From a virus (taxonomy: Duplodnaviria; Caudoviricetes), in the IMG/VR virus record IMGVR_UViG_3300044557_000104, positions 32,001 through 96,000 of that record: DNA of 64,000 bases; one strand, written 5' to 3'. The translations under genes and the position numbers were made by a program. The notes beneath the pieces were generated by a model. That model was not told where the DNA came from, did no database searches, and worked only from the letters and a program-made list of their open reading frames with translations. Position 1 is the first letter of the stretch. Every line of letters begins with the position of its first letter. This document shows, in pieces, positions 8,101 through 18,119 of the stretch.

Positions 8101-10222
8101 CAGGGAGTTAATTAAATGGAATTAACAAGACTTAGTAGAGTAAAACTCATAGTAATATGAGAGGAAAAGCAGTGAGTCCTACACCAAAAGGTAGGATTAA
8201 GAGATAGTCCAAGCCCTAAACAAATATTGGGAAACCAAGGGTATAAACTGGAGCACAATCATACCCTTACCATAATGGGAATGACTGATTCTGGTAGAAT
8301 TGATTTTATGCACCTCAAGGAAATTCCAAGAGCATTAGGTGCTGAGCATATTGAGGAAGACTTAGATATGGTTGTTAGAACCCTTAACCAGTTTGCACCA
8401 GATATCATAATTGCCGATAGAGGATTAAATTAAGTCCCGTACAGAAGTAATTCTGTATGTAAAACCATGTTAAACGGGCATAGAAAAATAGCTACTATAA
8501 AAAACAATATTCTGGTAAGAAAGACTAAATCCTAATAGTAGAGGAAAGAGTTAACCTACCGTGCTAAATCAGTATTATAATTAATATTGTAAAAGCCTAG
8601 AGACTAAATTTTTGGATAGCTATACAAACAGGTGTAGTGAAAACCAAATAAAAGCATACCTTTCTATATTATAAGTATATGGAAATTATATTTATAAACT
8701 TGGAAGGTGAATTGCATTACTAGAAGACGAACGAATGAAGAATTTATTGCTGAGGTTAAAGAACTTGTAAATGACGAGTACACCTTTCTAGACGAATATG
8801 ATGGTGTTTTAACTAAAATTAGAATTAAACATAATAAGTGTGGTCATGTGTACCTTACAACACCTAATTCATTTATTAATGGTGGTTCAAGGTGTAATAT
8901 ATGTAAGTCAAAAGAAGCAGGTATAAAGAAAACAAAGGATACAGAATGGTTGAAGCAAGAAGTATATAAAATAGCAGGTGACGATTATTCTGTTATCGGT
9001 GAATACCATATGGCCAAATATAAAGTAAAGCTAAAACACAATGTCTGCGGAAATACTTTTGACATGACAATAGGACATTTTAGGAGTGGTGAACGATGTC
9101 CAAGGTGTAGCTATAAGAAGCGTGCTAAGCAAAGAATGAAGACCCAAGATGAATTTAAAAGAGATGTATTAGATACATTAGGCCCTAAATATACAGTTAT
9201 AGGAGAGTATAAAGGGGATTCCATCCCTGTAGAAATAAAGCATTCATCCTGTGGAAAATCATATTTTGCCATTCCCTCCGCAGTTAAGCAGAGGTCAAAC
9301 ACATGTCCTTATTGTAGGCCATATCATGGGGAAGAATTTATAATGAATTGGTTAGACCACAATAGCATTGACTACGAAGTTCAAAAGAAGTTTTCTGATC
9401 TACGTGATTCTAAACCCCTAAGCTATGATTTCTTTATTCCAAAGGATAAGATACTGATCGAATATCAAGGGGTACAACATTTTAGACCAACTACGCATTT
9501 TGGCGGAGTACCCAGATTTAAAGTTCAGAAAAGACATGATGATATAAAGAGAGAATATGCAGTAACTAATGGGTACACCCTAATAGAAATTCCCTATACT
9601 TATAAGTCATATGAATCAATAGCAACGTTTTTAAGTAATGCAATAAATGTGTAAAGCATGGATACCATACCTAAAATTATGGTATAAGATATAGTCCAAA
9701 CCCTTAATAAATACTAGGAAACTAGGGGTATAAATTGTTAATGGTAATTATGTGGACAAACTCATTAAGTACTATGGTGAAGGAAGAGTATATGGTTGCA
9801 TTGTTAGATCGGCTAAGACTAATAATGATCCAATAGCTCACTTCACTAATACTGATGTCACCATAGATAAGTTGACACAAAACCTAATTATGTTGTCAAA
9901 CCTCAAACGTGGAGAGATTCATTTCTGGAGAGGGTCAGAACGGGATAAAGATATTAGAACATTAATTGCTCATTGGAGTAATGTTGTATTTCGTACTGAT
10001 GAAAAAGAAGATCCAGATACTCACGAGATTGGAACGCAACAGGTTATTCTAAGAAAAGGGCCAGATCATGCAGCTCAGAGCCAATGTTATGCAAATGTTG
10101 GTCTTAATAAGTTAATGCACGACTATGCAGAACGTAATAGTAATAAGACTGAGGTTTCATTATTGAGTACTGATCTAATTGCACCAGAAAAGACCTCTAT
10201 TCAACGTGAATATGATCTATAA
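5154..10222 (+). CDS. terL: Terminase large subunit, spliced: join(5154..5507,6790..6990,7321..7911,8251..8425,9738..10222), 601 aa
   Basis: Joined exons total 1806 nt in one frame and restore Walker A (KGRQMGLSE), YAFP|TYKQM, Walker B (SLD|EYD), STPT, nuclease GIDWG|EHN and ADRG|FNGNY motifs. Confidence 0.93.
5508..6789 (+). mobile_element. Group I intron 1 of terL (carries homing endonuclease)
   Basis: P1/IGS at 5515-5522, P3 5550-5556/6708-6714, P7 GAGACTA/TAGTCC, P9 GGAAACC hairpin. The 3' boundary is ambiguous by 1 nt (see findings). Confidence 0.9.
5762..6703 (+). CDS. Intron-encoded homing endonuclease (CxxC Zn-ribbon repeats plus Vsr/DUF559-like PD-(D/E)XK-type nuclease)
   Basis: Repeated C..C/CP.C modules; C-terminal FDFY...IEFDGEQH...D..KN..A....LMRIPY. 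Confidence 0.85.
   Translation: MPKFKTQDEFINDVYAKYGDQFSVIGKYVRSTTRVRIKCNVCGYTFDAMPNTLLTRGRGYKCKKCLMSNPNYANEVYKEYNGKFSVLSSYKGCDTPVLYRCNVHNKEFKMKPTSFRRSNFKCPVCKYNHATEKQRKTDTQFKSELNKAHHGRIIALDKYVNTHTKIKFKCTVCGSVFCTEPNAVLRISGCPKCSYSTGETIIKDLFDDEGIDYESPKKFPDCVYKRQLHFDFYLEKYNLLIEFDGEQHNKAVDFFGGEEYLKDYKIRDSIKNEYAIKNNINLMRIPYIRDKNEVCKIIMNFIKYKSSDYLVNK
6991..7320 (+). mobile_element. Group I intron 2 of terL (no ORF)
   Basis: Exon TTGGAT pairs with GTCCAG (U.G at the splice site); P7 ACGACTA/TAGTCT; terminal G 7320; removal restores SLD-EYD. Confidence 0.92.
7912..8250 (+). mobile_element. Group I intron 3 of terL (no ORF)
   Basis: Exon TGGGGT pairs with GCTCCA; core nearly identical to intron 2; terminal G 8250. 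Confidence 0.92.
8426..9737 (+). mobile_element. Group I intron 4 of terL (carries homing endonuclease)
   Basis: Exon GGAT pairs with GTCC 8434-8437; P10 ATTAA/TTAAT; P7 GAGACTA/TAGTCC; terminal G 9737. Confidence 0.9.
8707..9654 (+). CDS. Intron-encoded homing endonuclease (Zn-ribbon repeats plus Vsr/DUF559-like nuclease)
   Basis: H..CG...CP.C repeats; YDFFIP...IEYQGVQH...DDIK..YA....LIEIPY. Confidence 0.85.
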   Translation: MNCITRRRTNEEFIAEVKELVNDEYTFLDEYDGVLTKIRIKHNKCGHVYLTTPNSFINGGSRCNICKSKEAGIKKTKDTEWLKQEVYKIAGDDYSVIGEYHMAKYKVKLKHNVCGNTFDMTIGHFRSGERCPRCSYKKRAKQRMKTQDEFKRDVLDTLGPKYTVIGEYKGDSIPVEIKHSSCGKSYFAIPSAVKQRSNTCPYCRPYHGEEFIMNWLDHNSIDYEVQKKFSDLRDSKPLSYDFFIPKDKILIEYQGVQHFRPTTHFGGVPRFKVQKRHDDIKREYAVTNGYTLIEIPYTYKSYESIATFLSNAINV

Positions 10223-10225
10223 ATT

Positions 10226-10259
10226 AAAGGTTCAGCTATTAAACATAGCTGGACTTTTT
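10226..10259 (+). terminator. Intrinsic terminator after terL
   Basis: GGTTCAGCTAT-loop-ATAGCTGGACT followed by a T-tract. Confidence 0.75.
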
Positions 10260-10351
10260 GTGTATCCAACATAAATTACTATATTAATATTGAGATGCAG
10301 TATAATTAAATTAATGGAAGGATTCAAAGAGAGAAGGTGGCGTACTAAACT

Positions 10352-11854
10352 ATGGGGATCCTAGATAAGGTATTCGGACGTGATAATGATGAGTACCTAG
10401 ATATGGATGAAATAACGAAGTCATTCAGATCAGGTAAATCCGATCAAAGAATAGATACAGACTATTATGATATTCCAATGGCTAATAATGGTAAGTCATC
10501 AGATAAGTCTGATGATAAACAATCTTCATTAAGTCAGGATTATTTTATAAGACATAAAAAAGACCTAAGAATGTATGCTAATGATTTATTAGTACAAGCA
10601 ATCATTCGGACACGTACTAATCAAGTACTTAGATATGCAATGCCAGCAGATTGGACAGAAGATGGTGTTGGCTTCAAAATTGTTCCTAAAGACCCAAGTA
10701 AGTTTGATAAGGATAATCCTAAATATCAAGCTAAGATTAAACAGATTGAAAAGTTTATCTATTATACGGGTAAGGATCATTTAGACTGGCGTGATGATTT
10801 TCCAACATTTTTAACTAAGATTTTATATGACTTTTATGTATATGATCAAGTTAATTTTGAACGGGTGTATGAGTCAGCACGATCAAACCAACTAAATCAC
10901 TTTAATGCGGTTGATGCTGGAACAATCTTAATTGATAAGTATCCAAAGTCAATAGACAAAAAGAAAACTTATGTCCAATATATTGAAGATAAACCAGCAC
11001 ATGAGTTTACAGAACGTGAAATGGTATTCCAAACTTATTGGGCTAGATCAAATATGGAATCAAAGGGATATGGTTTCTCACCTGTAGAAGCAGCAATCCC
11101 ACAAATTGGTTATCATATTAATACAGAACAATTTAATGCCCGTATTTTTAGCCAAGGTGGATTAACTCGTGGTGTACTTTTAGTTGATAATGGTGAAAAT
11201 GGAATGACTTCCAAAGCATCATTAGATTCTATCAGACGGGGGTTAACATCAGCTCAGGGTAACAATGGGGCATGGAAAATTCCAATAATTGCTGCTAAAG
11301 ATGCCAAGTATGTTAATATGACACAGAGTAGTAAAGACATGGAATTTGTTAATTTTCTTAATTATTTAACTAATATCATTACGGCAAACTTTAACATTCA
11401 ACCAGACGAGATTAACTTCCCTAACAAGGGTGGTGCAACCTCTAAGGGTGGTGGTACAACTCTTAATGAGGGTAATACTACCAAAACTAAGATGCATGAA
11501 TCTAAAGCTACGGGGTTAACACCAGTACTACGATTCATTGAACGTCTGATGAATGACCGTGTACTTAATTTATATGATGATGACTTCCGGTTTGTATTTA
11601 CCTCTGGTGATCCACTTTCACCAACGGATAAAGCCAAAAAGATTCAGGAGGAAGAAATTGCTGGTAAGACTTTGAATGAGGGTCGTAAAGAAATGGGACT
11701 TGATCCTATTGAAGGTGGAGATACACCGGGGACTGCTAAAGAATTTATCCAGATGCAGAATGTGCTTAATAAGGATGATTCAGAAGCTCAACAGAGTATG
11801 CAACACTCAAACGACTATAAAAAAGATGATAACAACAAAGGTGTATCAAATTAA
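10352..11854 (+). CDS. Portal protein
   Basis: AIIRTRTNQV, YDQVNFE, GYGFSPVE, FSQGGLTRG, WKIP, KDMEF motifs typical of Herelleviridae portals; follows terL. Confidence 0.92.
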   Translation: MGILDKVFGRDNDEYLDMDEITKSFRSGKSDQRIDTDYYDIPMANNGKSSDKSDDKQSSLSQDYFIRHKKDLRMYANDLLVQAIIRTRTNQVLRYAMPADWTEDGVGFKIVPKDPSKFDKDNPKYQAKIKQIEKFIYYTGKDHLDWRDDFPTFLTKILYDFYVYDQVNFERVYESARSNQLNHFNAVDAGTILIDKYPKSIDKKKTYVQYIEDKPAHEFTEREMVFQTYWARSNMESKGYGFSPVEAAIPQIGYHINTEQFNARIFSQGGLTRGVLLVDNGENGMTSKASLDSIRRGLTSAQGNNGAWKIPIIAAKDAKYVNMTQSSKDMEFVNFLNYLTNIITANFNIQPDEINFPNKGGATSKGGGTTLNEGNTTKTKMHESKATGLTPVLRFIERLMNDRVLNLYDDDFRFVFTSGDPLSPTDKAKKIQEEEIAGKTLNEGRKEMGLDPIEGGDTPGTAKEFIQMQNVLNKDDSEAQQSMQHSNDYKKDDNNKGVSN

Positions 11855-11924
11855 CACCAATCGTTCAAGTTGATTACTATATTATAAATAGAGACAAATC
11901 ATGGTACAAAGCAGGTGATATTTA

Positions 11925-12752
11925 TTGAATAAGAGCTTTGATGTCTTTTTACCTATTGACAAAGTAAGTAAGTCAAAGGACTCTGAGACATCTAACATAA
12001 CCGTCTCTGGATGGGCTAGTACCCCAGATCAAGACCTACAAGGTGAAACAATTGATTCTCATGGTATTAACGCAGACTACTTGATCAGTGATGGTTGGGT
12101 TGATTACGAACATGATCGTGATATTGTAATTGGTTTTCCAACAGAAAATAGCTTTGTTGATAGTAATAAAGGATTATTCCTAGAAGCTGAGTTATTCGGT
12201 AATGATCCACATGTTCAGGAGATTATTAAGCTATATAACAACATTAAAGAAGCAGGTGCTAATCGTAACCTTGGTTTTTCCATTGAGGGGAAAGTTGAGG
12301 AACGTGATGGTGCAGATGAAAGTATTATCCGTAAAGTAAACATTACTGGTGTTGCTGTTACTAAGAATCCAGCTAATACAGAAGCCACTTGGGAAGTCTT
12401 ACAAAAGTCAATTTTAAATGATAAGGCTTTAGAAGCTGGTTATAGTATTTCACCAAGTACCCAAACTGATGGCGCTGCATTCCGTACAGAATCATTATCC
12501 ACTTCTTTAATCAGTATAGCTCGTAATCTAGATGGTTTAGATGATACAGGATTACAAAATATAGGTAGCACAGTAGCTCAGATCTTAGATGATCGTGGGA
12601 TTACAGATGAAACTACACTTGCAACCTTCTTACAGATCTTCTCAGGGTTGTCTAAGCAGGAAGCACTAACAATAGTTAACACAAAAGATTTAACTGATTC
12701 AACGTTATCAAAATTACTTGGTAGCGGTGATGATGCAACAGATGATGATTAG
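11925..12752 (+). CDS. Prohead protease
   Basis: GWASTPDQDLQGE, DYEH, LGFSIEG, VAVTKNPAN motifs. Confidence 0.9.
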   Translation: MNKSFDVFLPIDKVSKSKDSETSNITVSGWASTPDQDLQGETIDSHGINADYLISDGWVDYEHDRDIVIGFPTENSFVDSNKGLFLEAELFGNDPHVQEIIKLYNNIKEAGANRNLGFSIEGKVEERDGADESIIRKVNITGVAVTKNPANTEATWEVLQKSILNDKALEAGYSISPSTQTDGAAFRTESLSTSLISIARNLDGLDDTGLQNIGSTVAQILDDRGITDETTLATFLQIFSGLSKQEALTIVNTKDLTDSTLSKLLGSGDDATDDD

Positions 12753-12771
12753 AAAGTGAGGTTAACAGATT

Positions 12772-13992
12772 TTGAGTAAAAGTATCTCAGATATCTACAA
12801 TAAACTTAATGATGTCCAAAAGAGTTTAGAAACTCAAGAGGAACCAGAAGTTAAGGAAGTAGAAAAATCTGTTGAAGTTGAAGATGAATCTGCAAATGGC
12901 AAAGCCCCTAAAAAGGCTGAAAAGTCAGTAGAAGCAGAAAAGTCAGATAAAGATGCAGGAATGTGTGATGACACTAAAAAGTGTGACGTTGAAGAATCAA
13001 AGGACAAAGCAAGTAAATCTGCTGAGGATGGTGATCCAGACGAAGGGGCTGAAAAGTCTCAATCTAATAAAGTAGAAAAAGATGATGAAGATGGTGACAT
13101 TGAGGAATCAGCTAAATCTACTAAGGATGTGGAGGATGACAAGCAAGACCAAGCTGAAAAGTCAATTGATGAACCAGAAGATAAATCGTTGTATTTAGAT
13201 GCTGTCAACAAGTCATTAGACATTATTAACTCATTAGTTGAAAAATCAGTTAATGTTAAACCAATGGCAGTTGCTAAATCAATTGCACCAGCAAAGGAAA
13301 GCGTTGTTAAGTCAGTTATTGATGATTATAACGACAATGTTGTTTGTGCTAAATTAGGTGCAGCATTATATGCCCTTGAAGACGCTTTCTGTGATGCTCG
13401 TTGGGACAACAATGGTGATGATAGCAAGTACTTAGATGATGTTCGTACTGCACTAGCAGAATTTACTAAGATTATGGATAATATTGAAGCTGATACTGAT
13501 GACCAAGTTGCTAAGTCAGTTAAAGAAGACAAGGAAGATGAAGCTGAAAAATCAGTAGAAGCTCCTAAAGATGATGAAGCACAAAAGTCTGCTAAAGAAT
13601 CAACTGAAAAAGATGATGATGAAGAAGACGAAGATGTAGAAGAATCAAAGAAGTCAGATGACAAAAAAGATGATGAAGCTAAGAAATCTGTAGAAGAAGC
13701 AGATGATAAAGCTGAAAAATCAATTGAAAAGTCCGAAGATGAAGTAGAAAAGTCATTACCAGAATCTAAAGCTGTTTCTTATGATGAAGGTGAAGAACCA
13801 GAAGAAGAATCAACTGGTGTTTCTAAGTCAGCATTGCAAGATGTTATTGCAGATTCAATTAACGACTTGGAAAAATCACAATTATCTATTAATCAAAACC
13901 GCGTTAACAAGCTCCGTGAACTTGCCAAATCAGTTGGTACTGGTGAAGATGATGTTGAAAAGAGCTTTATTGAACAATATAACGAAATTTAG
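12772..13992 (+). CDS. Acidic scaffold-like head protein with repeated (E/A/V)KS motifs
   Basis: Position between protease and major capsid; very D/E/K-rich low-complexity sequence. Confidence 0.7.
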   Translation: MSKSISDIYNKLNDVQKSLETQEEPEVKEVEKSVEVEDESANGKAPKKAEKSVEAEKSDKDAGMCDDTKKCDVEESKDKASKSAEDGDPDEGAEKSQSNKVEKDDEDGDIEESAKSTKDVEDDKQDQAEKSIDEPEDKSLYLDAVNKSLDIINSLVEKSVNVKPMAVAKSIAPAKESVVKSVIDDYNDNVVCAKLGAALYALEDAFCDARWDNNGDDSKYLDDVRTALAEFTKIMDNIEADTDDQVAKSVKEDKEDEAEKSVEAPKDDEAQKSAKESTEKDDDEEDEDVEESKKSDDKKDDEAKKSVEEADDKAEKSIEKSEDEVEKSLPESKAVSYDEGEEPEEESTGVSKSALQDVIADSINDLEKSQLSINQNRVNKLRELAKSVGTGEDDVEKSFIEQYNEI

Positions 13993-14055
13993 CTAATAGA
14001 CTAAACAGATTACTATATTATAAATAGAGACAAATTAGAAGGGAAGAATAGAAAT

Positions 14056-15552
14056 TTGACTGAATTAAAGACTAAAGAAGCTCGCAAGAGTTACTTTGAA
14101 CTAAATAAATCAATCACAGAAAATAAACAAGTTTCTGATACGATTGCTAAAGCGTTCACCGCTGGTACTGGTATTACACCAGAAACACAACCAGATGGTG
14201 CTGCATATCGTTTGGAATCATTAGACCATAACTTAAATATCGCAACATGGGGTGACATTGATTACACCATTTATAAGGATATCTTCCGTCAACCAGTTAA
14301 GCAAACTGTTCAAAAGTATACAGTTTACTACTCACATGGTCGTAGCGGACATCAAATGTTCCAAAATGAAATTGCTAAGCTCCAAAGTAATGAACCACAT
14401 GCAAAACAACAGACCGTAAATATCAAGTTCCTTGTTGATACTAAGGGTGCAAGTTTTGCCATGAACATGGTTGATACTACGGTTGATACCACGACATTAC
14501 TTGAAATTTCAGGTGTTAACAACTTAGCTAAGGCTATTGAATATGGTATCTTCTATGGTGATTCAGACTTAGCAGCCCAAAAGGGTGAAGGTCTTGAATT
14601 TGATGGTTTGAGTAAGTTAATCTACGAACACAACCACTTAGATGCTAAGGGTACTTCACTTACACCAGCATTGCTTAACAAAGCAGCAACGCAAATTGGT
14701 CATGTAGGATTCGGTGTTGCAACAGATGCTTACATGCCTATTGGTGTTAAAGCAGACTTCATTAACCAACACTTATCAGCACAACGTATCTTAATGCCAA
14801 ACGCAGCAGGACACGGTATGCAAGTTGGCTTTGATGTAGCTCGCTTCATCTCAGCTCGTGGTGACATCAATCTGCATGGTTCAACGATCATGGACTTGGA
14901 TAATGTCCTTGACACAGATACTGTACTGGATGTTAATGCTCCTAAAGCACCAGAATTGGTTGCTAAAGCAGAAACAGGCAAGGGTGGTAACTTCTTAGCA
15001 GAGGATCGTACATTCACTGATAAGGATGGTGTAGATCATGTATTGCTCAACAAAGAAGTTGGTACAGAACTTGAATATCGTGCAGTTGCAGTTGGATCAT
15101 CTGATTCACTTCCTACAGACGTTGTTAAAGCTACGCCAGCAAATGCTACTGATGGTGTTAAGCTGACAATTACGCTTAACCGTTTGGCATCTGTGCTTCC
15201 GGACTACGTAGCAATCTACCGTAAGTCACAAGTTCCGGGTGATGATCAATTCTTCTTAATTGACCGTATCCCTTACAGTGAATTTGATGGTGCTACACAA
15301 TCATATGATTATGAAGACCTTGGTGCTACTATTCCGGGTACTGCTGATGTGTTTGTTGGTGAATTGAAGCCAGAAACTATCCGCTTGCTTGAATTAGCTC
15401 CAATCATGAAGTTCCCACTGGCAATCCAAACGACTGCTACGAACTTCGCAATGCTCTGGTATGGTGCTATGCAACTTACCTTCCCTAAGCGTTGGGTACA
15501 AATTCATAACGTGTTGTACAACTCACAGTTTGATGATACACGCTTTGCCTAG
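14056..15552 (+). CDS. Major capsid protein
   Basis: KAFTAGTGITPETQPDGAAYRLESLD and AKAIEYGIFYGD...GLEFDGL motifs of SPO1/Twort-like capsids. Confidence 0.95.
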   Translation: MTELKTKEARKSYFELNKSITENKQVSDTIAKAFTAGTGITPETQPDGAAYRLESLDHNLNIATWGDIDYTIYKDIFRQPVKQTVQKYTVYYSHGRSGHQMFQNEIAKLQSNEPHAKQQTVNIKFLVDTKGASFAMNMVDTTVDTTTLLEISGVNNLAKAIEYGIFYGDSDLAAQKGEGLEFDGLSKLIYEHNHLDAKGTSLTPALLNKAATQIGHVGFGVATDAYMPIGVKADFINQHLSAQRILMPNAAGHGMQVGFDVARFISARGDINLHGSTIMDLDNVLDTDTVLDVNAPKAPELVAKAETGKGGNFLAEDRTFTDKDGVDHVLLNKEVGTELEYRAVAVGSSDSLPTDVVKATPANATDGVKLTITLNRLASVLPDYVAIYRKSQVPGDDQFFLIDRIPYSEFDGATQSYDYEDLGATIPGTADVFVGELKPETIRLLELAPIMKFPLAIQTTATNFAMLWYGAMQLTFPKRWVQIHNVLYNSQFDDTRFA

Positions 15553-15567
15553 TCATAAAGGCTAATT

Positions 15568-15604
15568 AAAGAGTTAAGACTTTTAATGGTCTTAGCTCTT
15601 TTTT
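15568..15604 (+). terminator. Intrinsic terminator after the major capsid gene
   Basis: AAAGAGTTAAGACT-TTTAAT-GGTCTTAGCTCTTT plus T-tract. Confidence 0.8.
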
Positions 15605-15625
15605 AATAGAGAAAGGAGATAAAGA

Positions 15626-16543
15626 ATGGGAAAATATGATGACTTAATTGACCACCTAGAATACGGGGGTAGTAATACACTATATGCTGGTAATCCAGAC
15701 TTAACGTTTGGCAAGGACTTTAGAGAAGTTACCCTAGACTCACTGGGAGTTACTATTAGTGTTATTAAAGAAGAGCTACTCGGTATGAATGAAGACCTAG
15801 TTGACCCTACTACTAATGAACCATATTCAGATCAGTTCTTTCAGGATATGCTAGAACTAGCTGTTAGTGAGACAGAAAAGAAGTTTGACTTTGTAATCCG
15901 CCCACGCTTAGTTATGGATCGCTTAGATTACCACCGTAATGACTTCACTGCTAATATGTTCATCAATTCAAATGCACGCCCTATTCTACATGTGGAACAA
16001 GCTAAGCTCTATTACAATGAACAGAGTGTTATGGACATGCCAGACTCATGGATTAAAGTTACTAACCGTATGGGACAATTACAGGTGCAACCGTCTACCT
16101 TATTTCAAGGACTGAATCAAGTAATTAATCCACTAATTTATCCTATGGGTGGTATACCTTACATGGGTAATCCATCACCATTTAATGAAACAGAGTATGC
16201 TCCACAAATGATTGGTATTGCCTATATTGCAGGAATGATGCCACAACCAGATGATGAGGTTGGAATTAATCGTGATTGGTATATTCAACCAGATGTCATT
16301 CGGTATATTGGTAAACTAGGCGCTATTGAAGTGCTAGAACGTTTTGGTCGTACTATTCTTGGCCCCGGTATTGCATCATACTCAACTAGTTTTGATGGTA
16401 TGTCCTCAAGCATTGACTCTACTCAAAGTGCTGAAAATAGTGCTACTGCTGGTGAAATTCGTAACCTTAAAGAGGATATGAAAGATATTGAAGCAGGTAT
16501 CCGTAACTTCTATGGTGCATATAATATTGGTTTAATTGGATAA
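15626..16543 (+). CDS. Head-tail adaptor / neck protein
   Basis: Synteny after capsid; GPGIAS...DG.S..IDSTQSAENSA motif. Confidence 0.7.
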   Translation: MGKYDDLIDHLEYGGSNTLYAGNPDLTFGKDFREVTLDSLGVTISVIKEELLGMNEDLVDPTTNEPYSDQFFQDMLELAVSETEKKFDFVIRPRLVMDRLDYHRNDFTANMFINSNARPILHVEQAKLYYNEQSVMDMPDSWIKVTNRMGQLQVQPSTLFQGLNQVINPLIYPMGGIPYMGNPSPFNETEYAPQMIGIAYIAGMMPQPDDEVGINRDWYIQPDVIRYIGKLGAIEVLERFGRTILGPGIASYSTSFDGMSSSIDSTQSAENSATAGEIRNLKEDMKDIEAGIRNFYGAYNIGLIG

Positions 16544-16557
16544 GGCGGTGAATAGAC

Positions 16558-17439
16558 ATGGCAAATAATGGTAATCCTAATTATACCAAACGTAATGTAC
16601 AACCATTTCAAATTGTACAAAATCATGTACAACTTATTCAGCGTAATGCTATTTCATGCACGTGGGAACAAGCAATGAAGTGTCCATGTGTGGATATTCA
16701 AACAGGACAACCAAAGCCTAATTGTCCAGTATGCCATGGTCAAGGATTTATCTATTATAATTCAGTTGATGTAGATATCTCATTGTATTCCGATGAAAAG
16801 AAATTAGCAGTCACTGAGTCAGGAACTACTAGTTTAATGGGTACCGAAGCTACCCCACAGATTACAGTCAATGGTGTAGAACAGGGCATGAAAGTTGGAG
16901 ACCGTATTACTGTTAATGGCTGGGATACAGTAGAAAATTATGTATTTAATGTTACTAAGAGTAGACTGAATAATAAGATGTTTCTACCTTATAAGGTAGA
17001 TAAGATTATTGATGCTTATGTAATTAGTAATAATGTTCTTACTAAACTAGATGTTAACACTAGTTTTAGCTTAGAAGATAATCTACTTGAGATTAAAGAT
17101 GATTCTTTACTGAATGCCACAGTTTCACTTAATTTATCTGTAATTAAACGTTTCTATATTGTGTATATGGAAAAAGAGCTACGGTACCTACAGGTATCTA
17201 AAAACTCTGATAAACTTTGGGCAACTGGACGTGGAAATAACTATTTAACTTATGACCAAGTTAAAGAAGGAAAATTTCCTAATGGTGTACAGGTATTTAG
17301 AATGTCACCTAAATTATTACTTAGACGTGAAACCCTTTATTTTTCTAATACTAATTTAATTAGTAGTGAGACTGATAATAATATGGTAATTAATGACCCT
17401 AATGTATCAGCAATGAATGACTTCTTAGGGAGTGATTAA
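16558..17439 (+). CDS. Neck / head-closure protein
   Basis: WE.A..CPC...P..NCPVCHGQG motif; synteny. Confidence 0.65.
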   Translation: MANNGNPNYTKRNVQPFQIVQNHVQLIQRNAISCTWEQAMKCPCVDIQTGQPKPNCPVCHGQGFIYYNSVDVDISLYSDEKKLAVTESGTTSLMGTEATPQITVNGVEQGMKVGDRITVNGWDTVENYVFNVTKSRLNNKMFLPYKVDKIIDAYVISNNVLTKLDVNTSFSLEDNLLEIKDDSLLNATVSLNLSVIKRFYIVYMEKELRYLQVSKNSDKLWATGRGNNYLTYDQVKEGKFPNGVQVFRMSPKLLLRRETLYFSNTNLISSETDNNMVINDPNVSAMNDFLGSD

Positions 17440-17441
17440 GT

Positions 17442-18104
17442 ATGGGTGATTCCTTTGGAGTATCAAAATTCTTAGAGGAACGGGTTGAAGAAGTTAAATC
17501 TGATTATACAAATAAGTTAAAGAAAACCTTAGCACAGGAAGTTGGAGCTAATAACATTAGAGCTTCTGATGATACTATCTCTATTACCTATAAAATATTA
17601 GATCAGCAACAACAGGAGCAAGGATCAGGTGGCTTTATTGATCTCAAACCATACTTTGCTAATTCTAGTAAGGCTAAGCCTAAAAAAGATGGTGGCTGGT
17701 ATATTAAGGTGCCTGTAGGTGGTCAGCAGAATACCACTAAGATGCGTCAAGCCTACGGACGTAAGTTATGGGACGAAATAAGTCATATGGACTTTGGTTC
17801 CACTGGTGGTGGCAATGCTGATATAGATCGAGTTAGAAAGGCTCTCACAGGTAGCACAAATGGTGGTGGTGGCTTTCTAAACTATGATTGGAAGTCTACT
17901 AACATAACTAGAACTCAAGCTGGATCTGGACGATATGGACACTATACTACCTTTAGAACCGTTAGTGATAAATCTAGTCCTACTTCATGGATTGTAGGCA
18001 GGCAAGGTATGAATAATAAAGTCAGCTCATATGATAATGGTGAAGAGATAGCTAAAGTGCTTATGCAAATAATCAGCAAAACAGCGTCAAGTATTAAAAT
18101 TTAG
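17442..18104 (+). CDS. Neck / tail completion protein
   Basis: DLKPYF...KKDGGWY..VP and FRTVSDKS...SWI motifs; synteny. Confidence 0.6.
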   Translation: MGDSFGVSKFLEERVEEVKSDYTNKLKKTLAQEVGANNIRASDDTISITYKILDQQQQEQGSGGFIDLKPYFANSSKAKPKKDGGWYIKVPVGGQQNTTKMRQAYGRKLWDEISHMDFGSTGGGNADIDRVRKALTGSTNGGGGFLNYDWKSTNITRTQAGSGRYGHYTTFRTVSDKSSPTSWIVGRQGMNNKVSSYDNGEEIAKVLMQIISKTASSIKI

Positions 18105-18119
18105 GAGGTGTAGTAGGTT

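Noticed and set aside
6802-8433. Separate small genes at 6802, 7318 and 8227 (also 9752)
   Set aside because: They are terL exons; their called starts are internal or intronic codons
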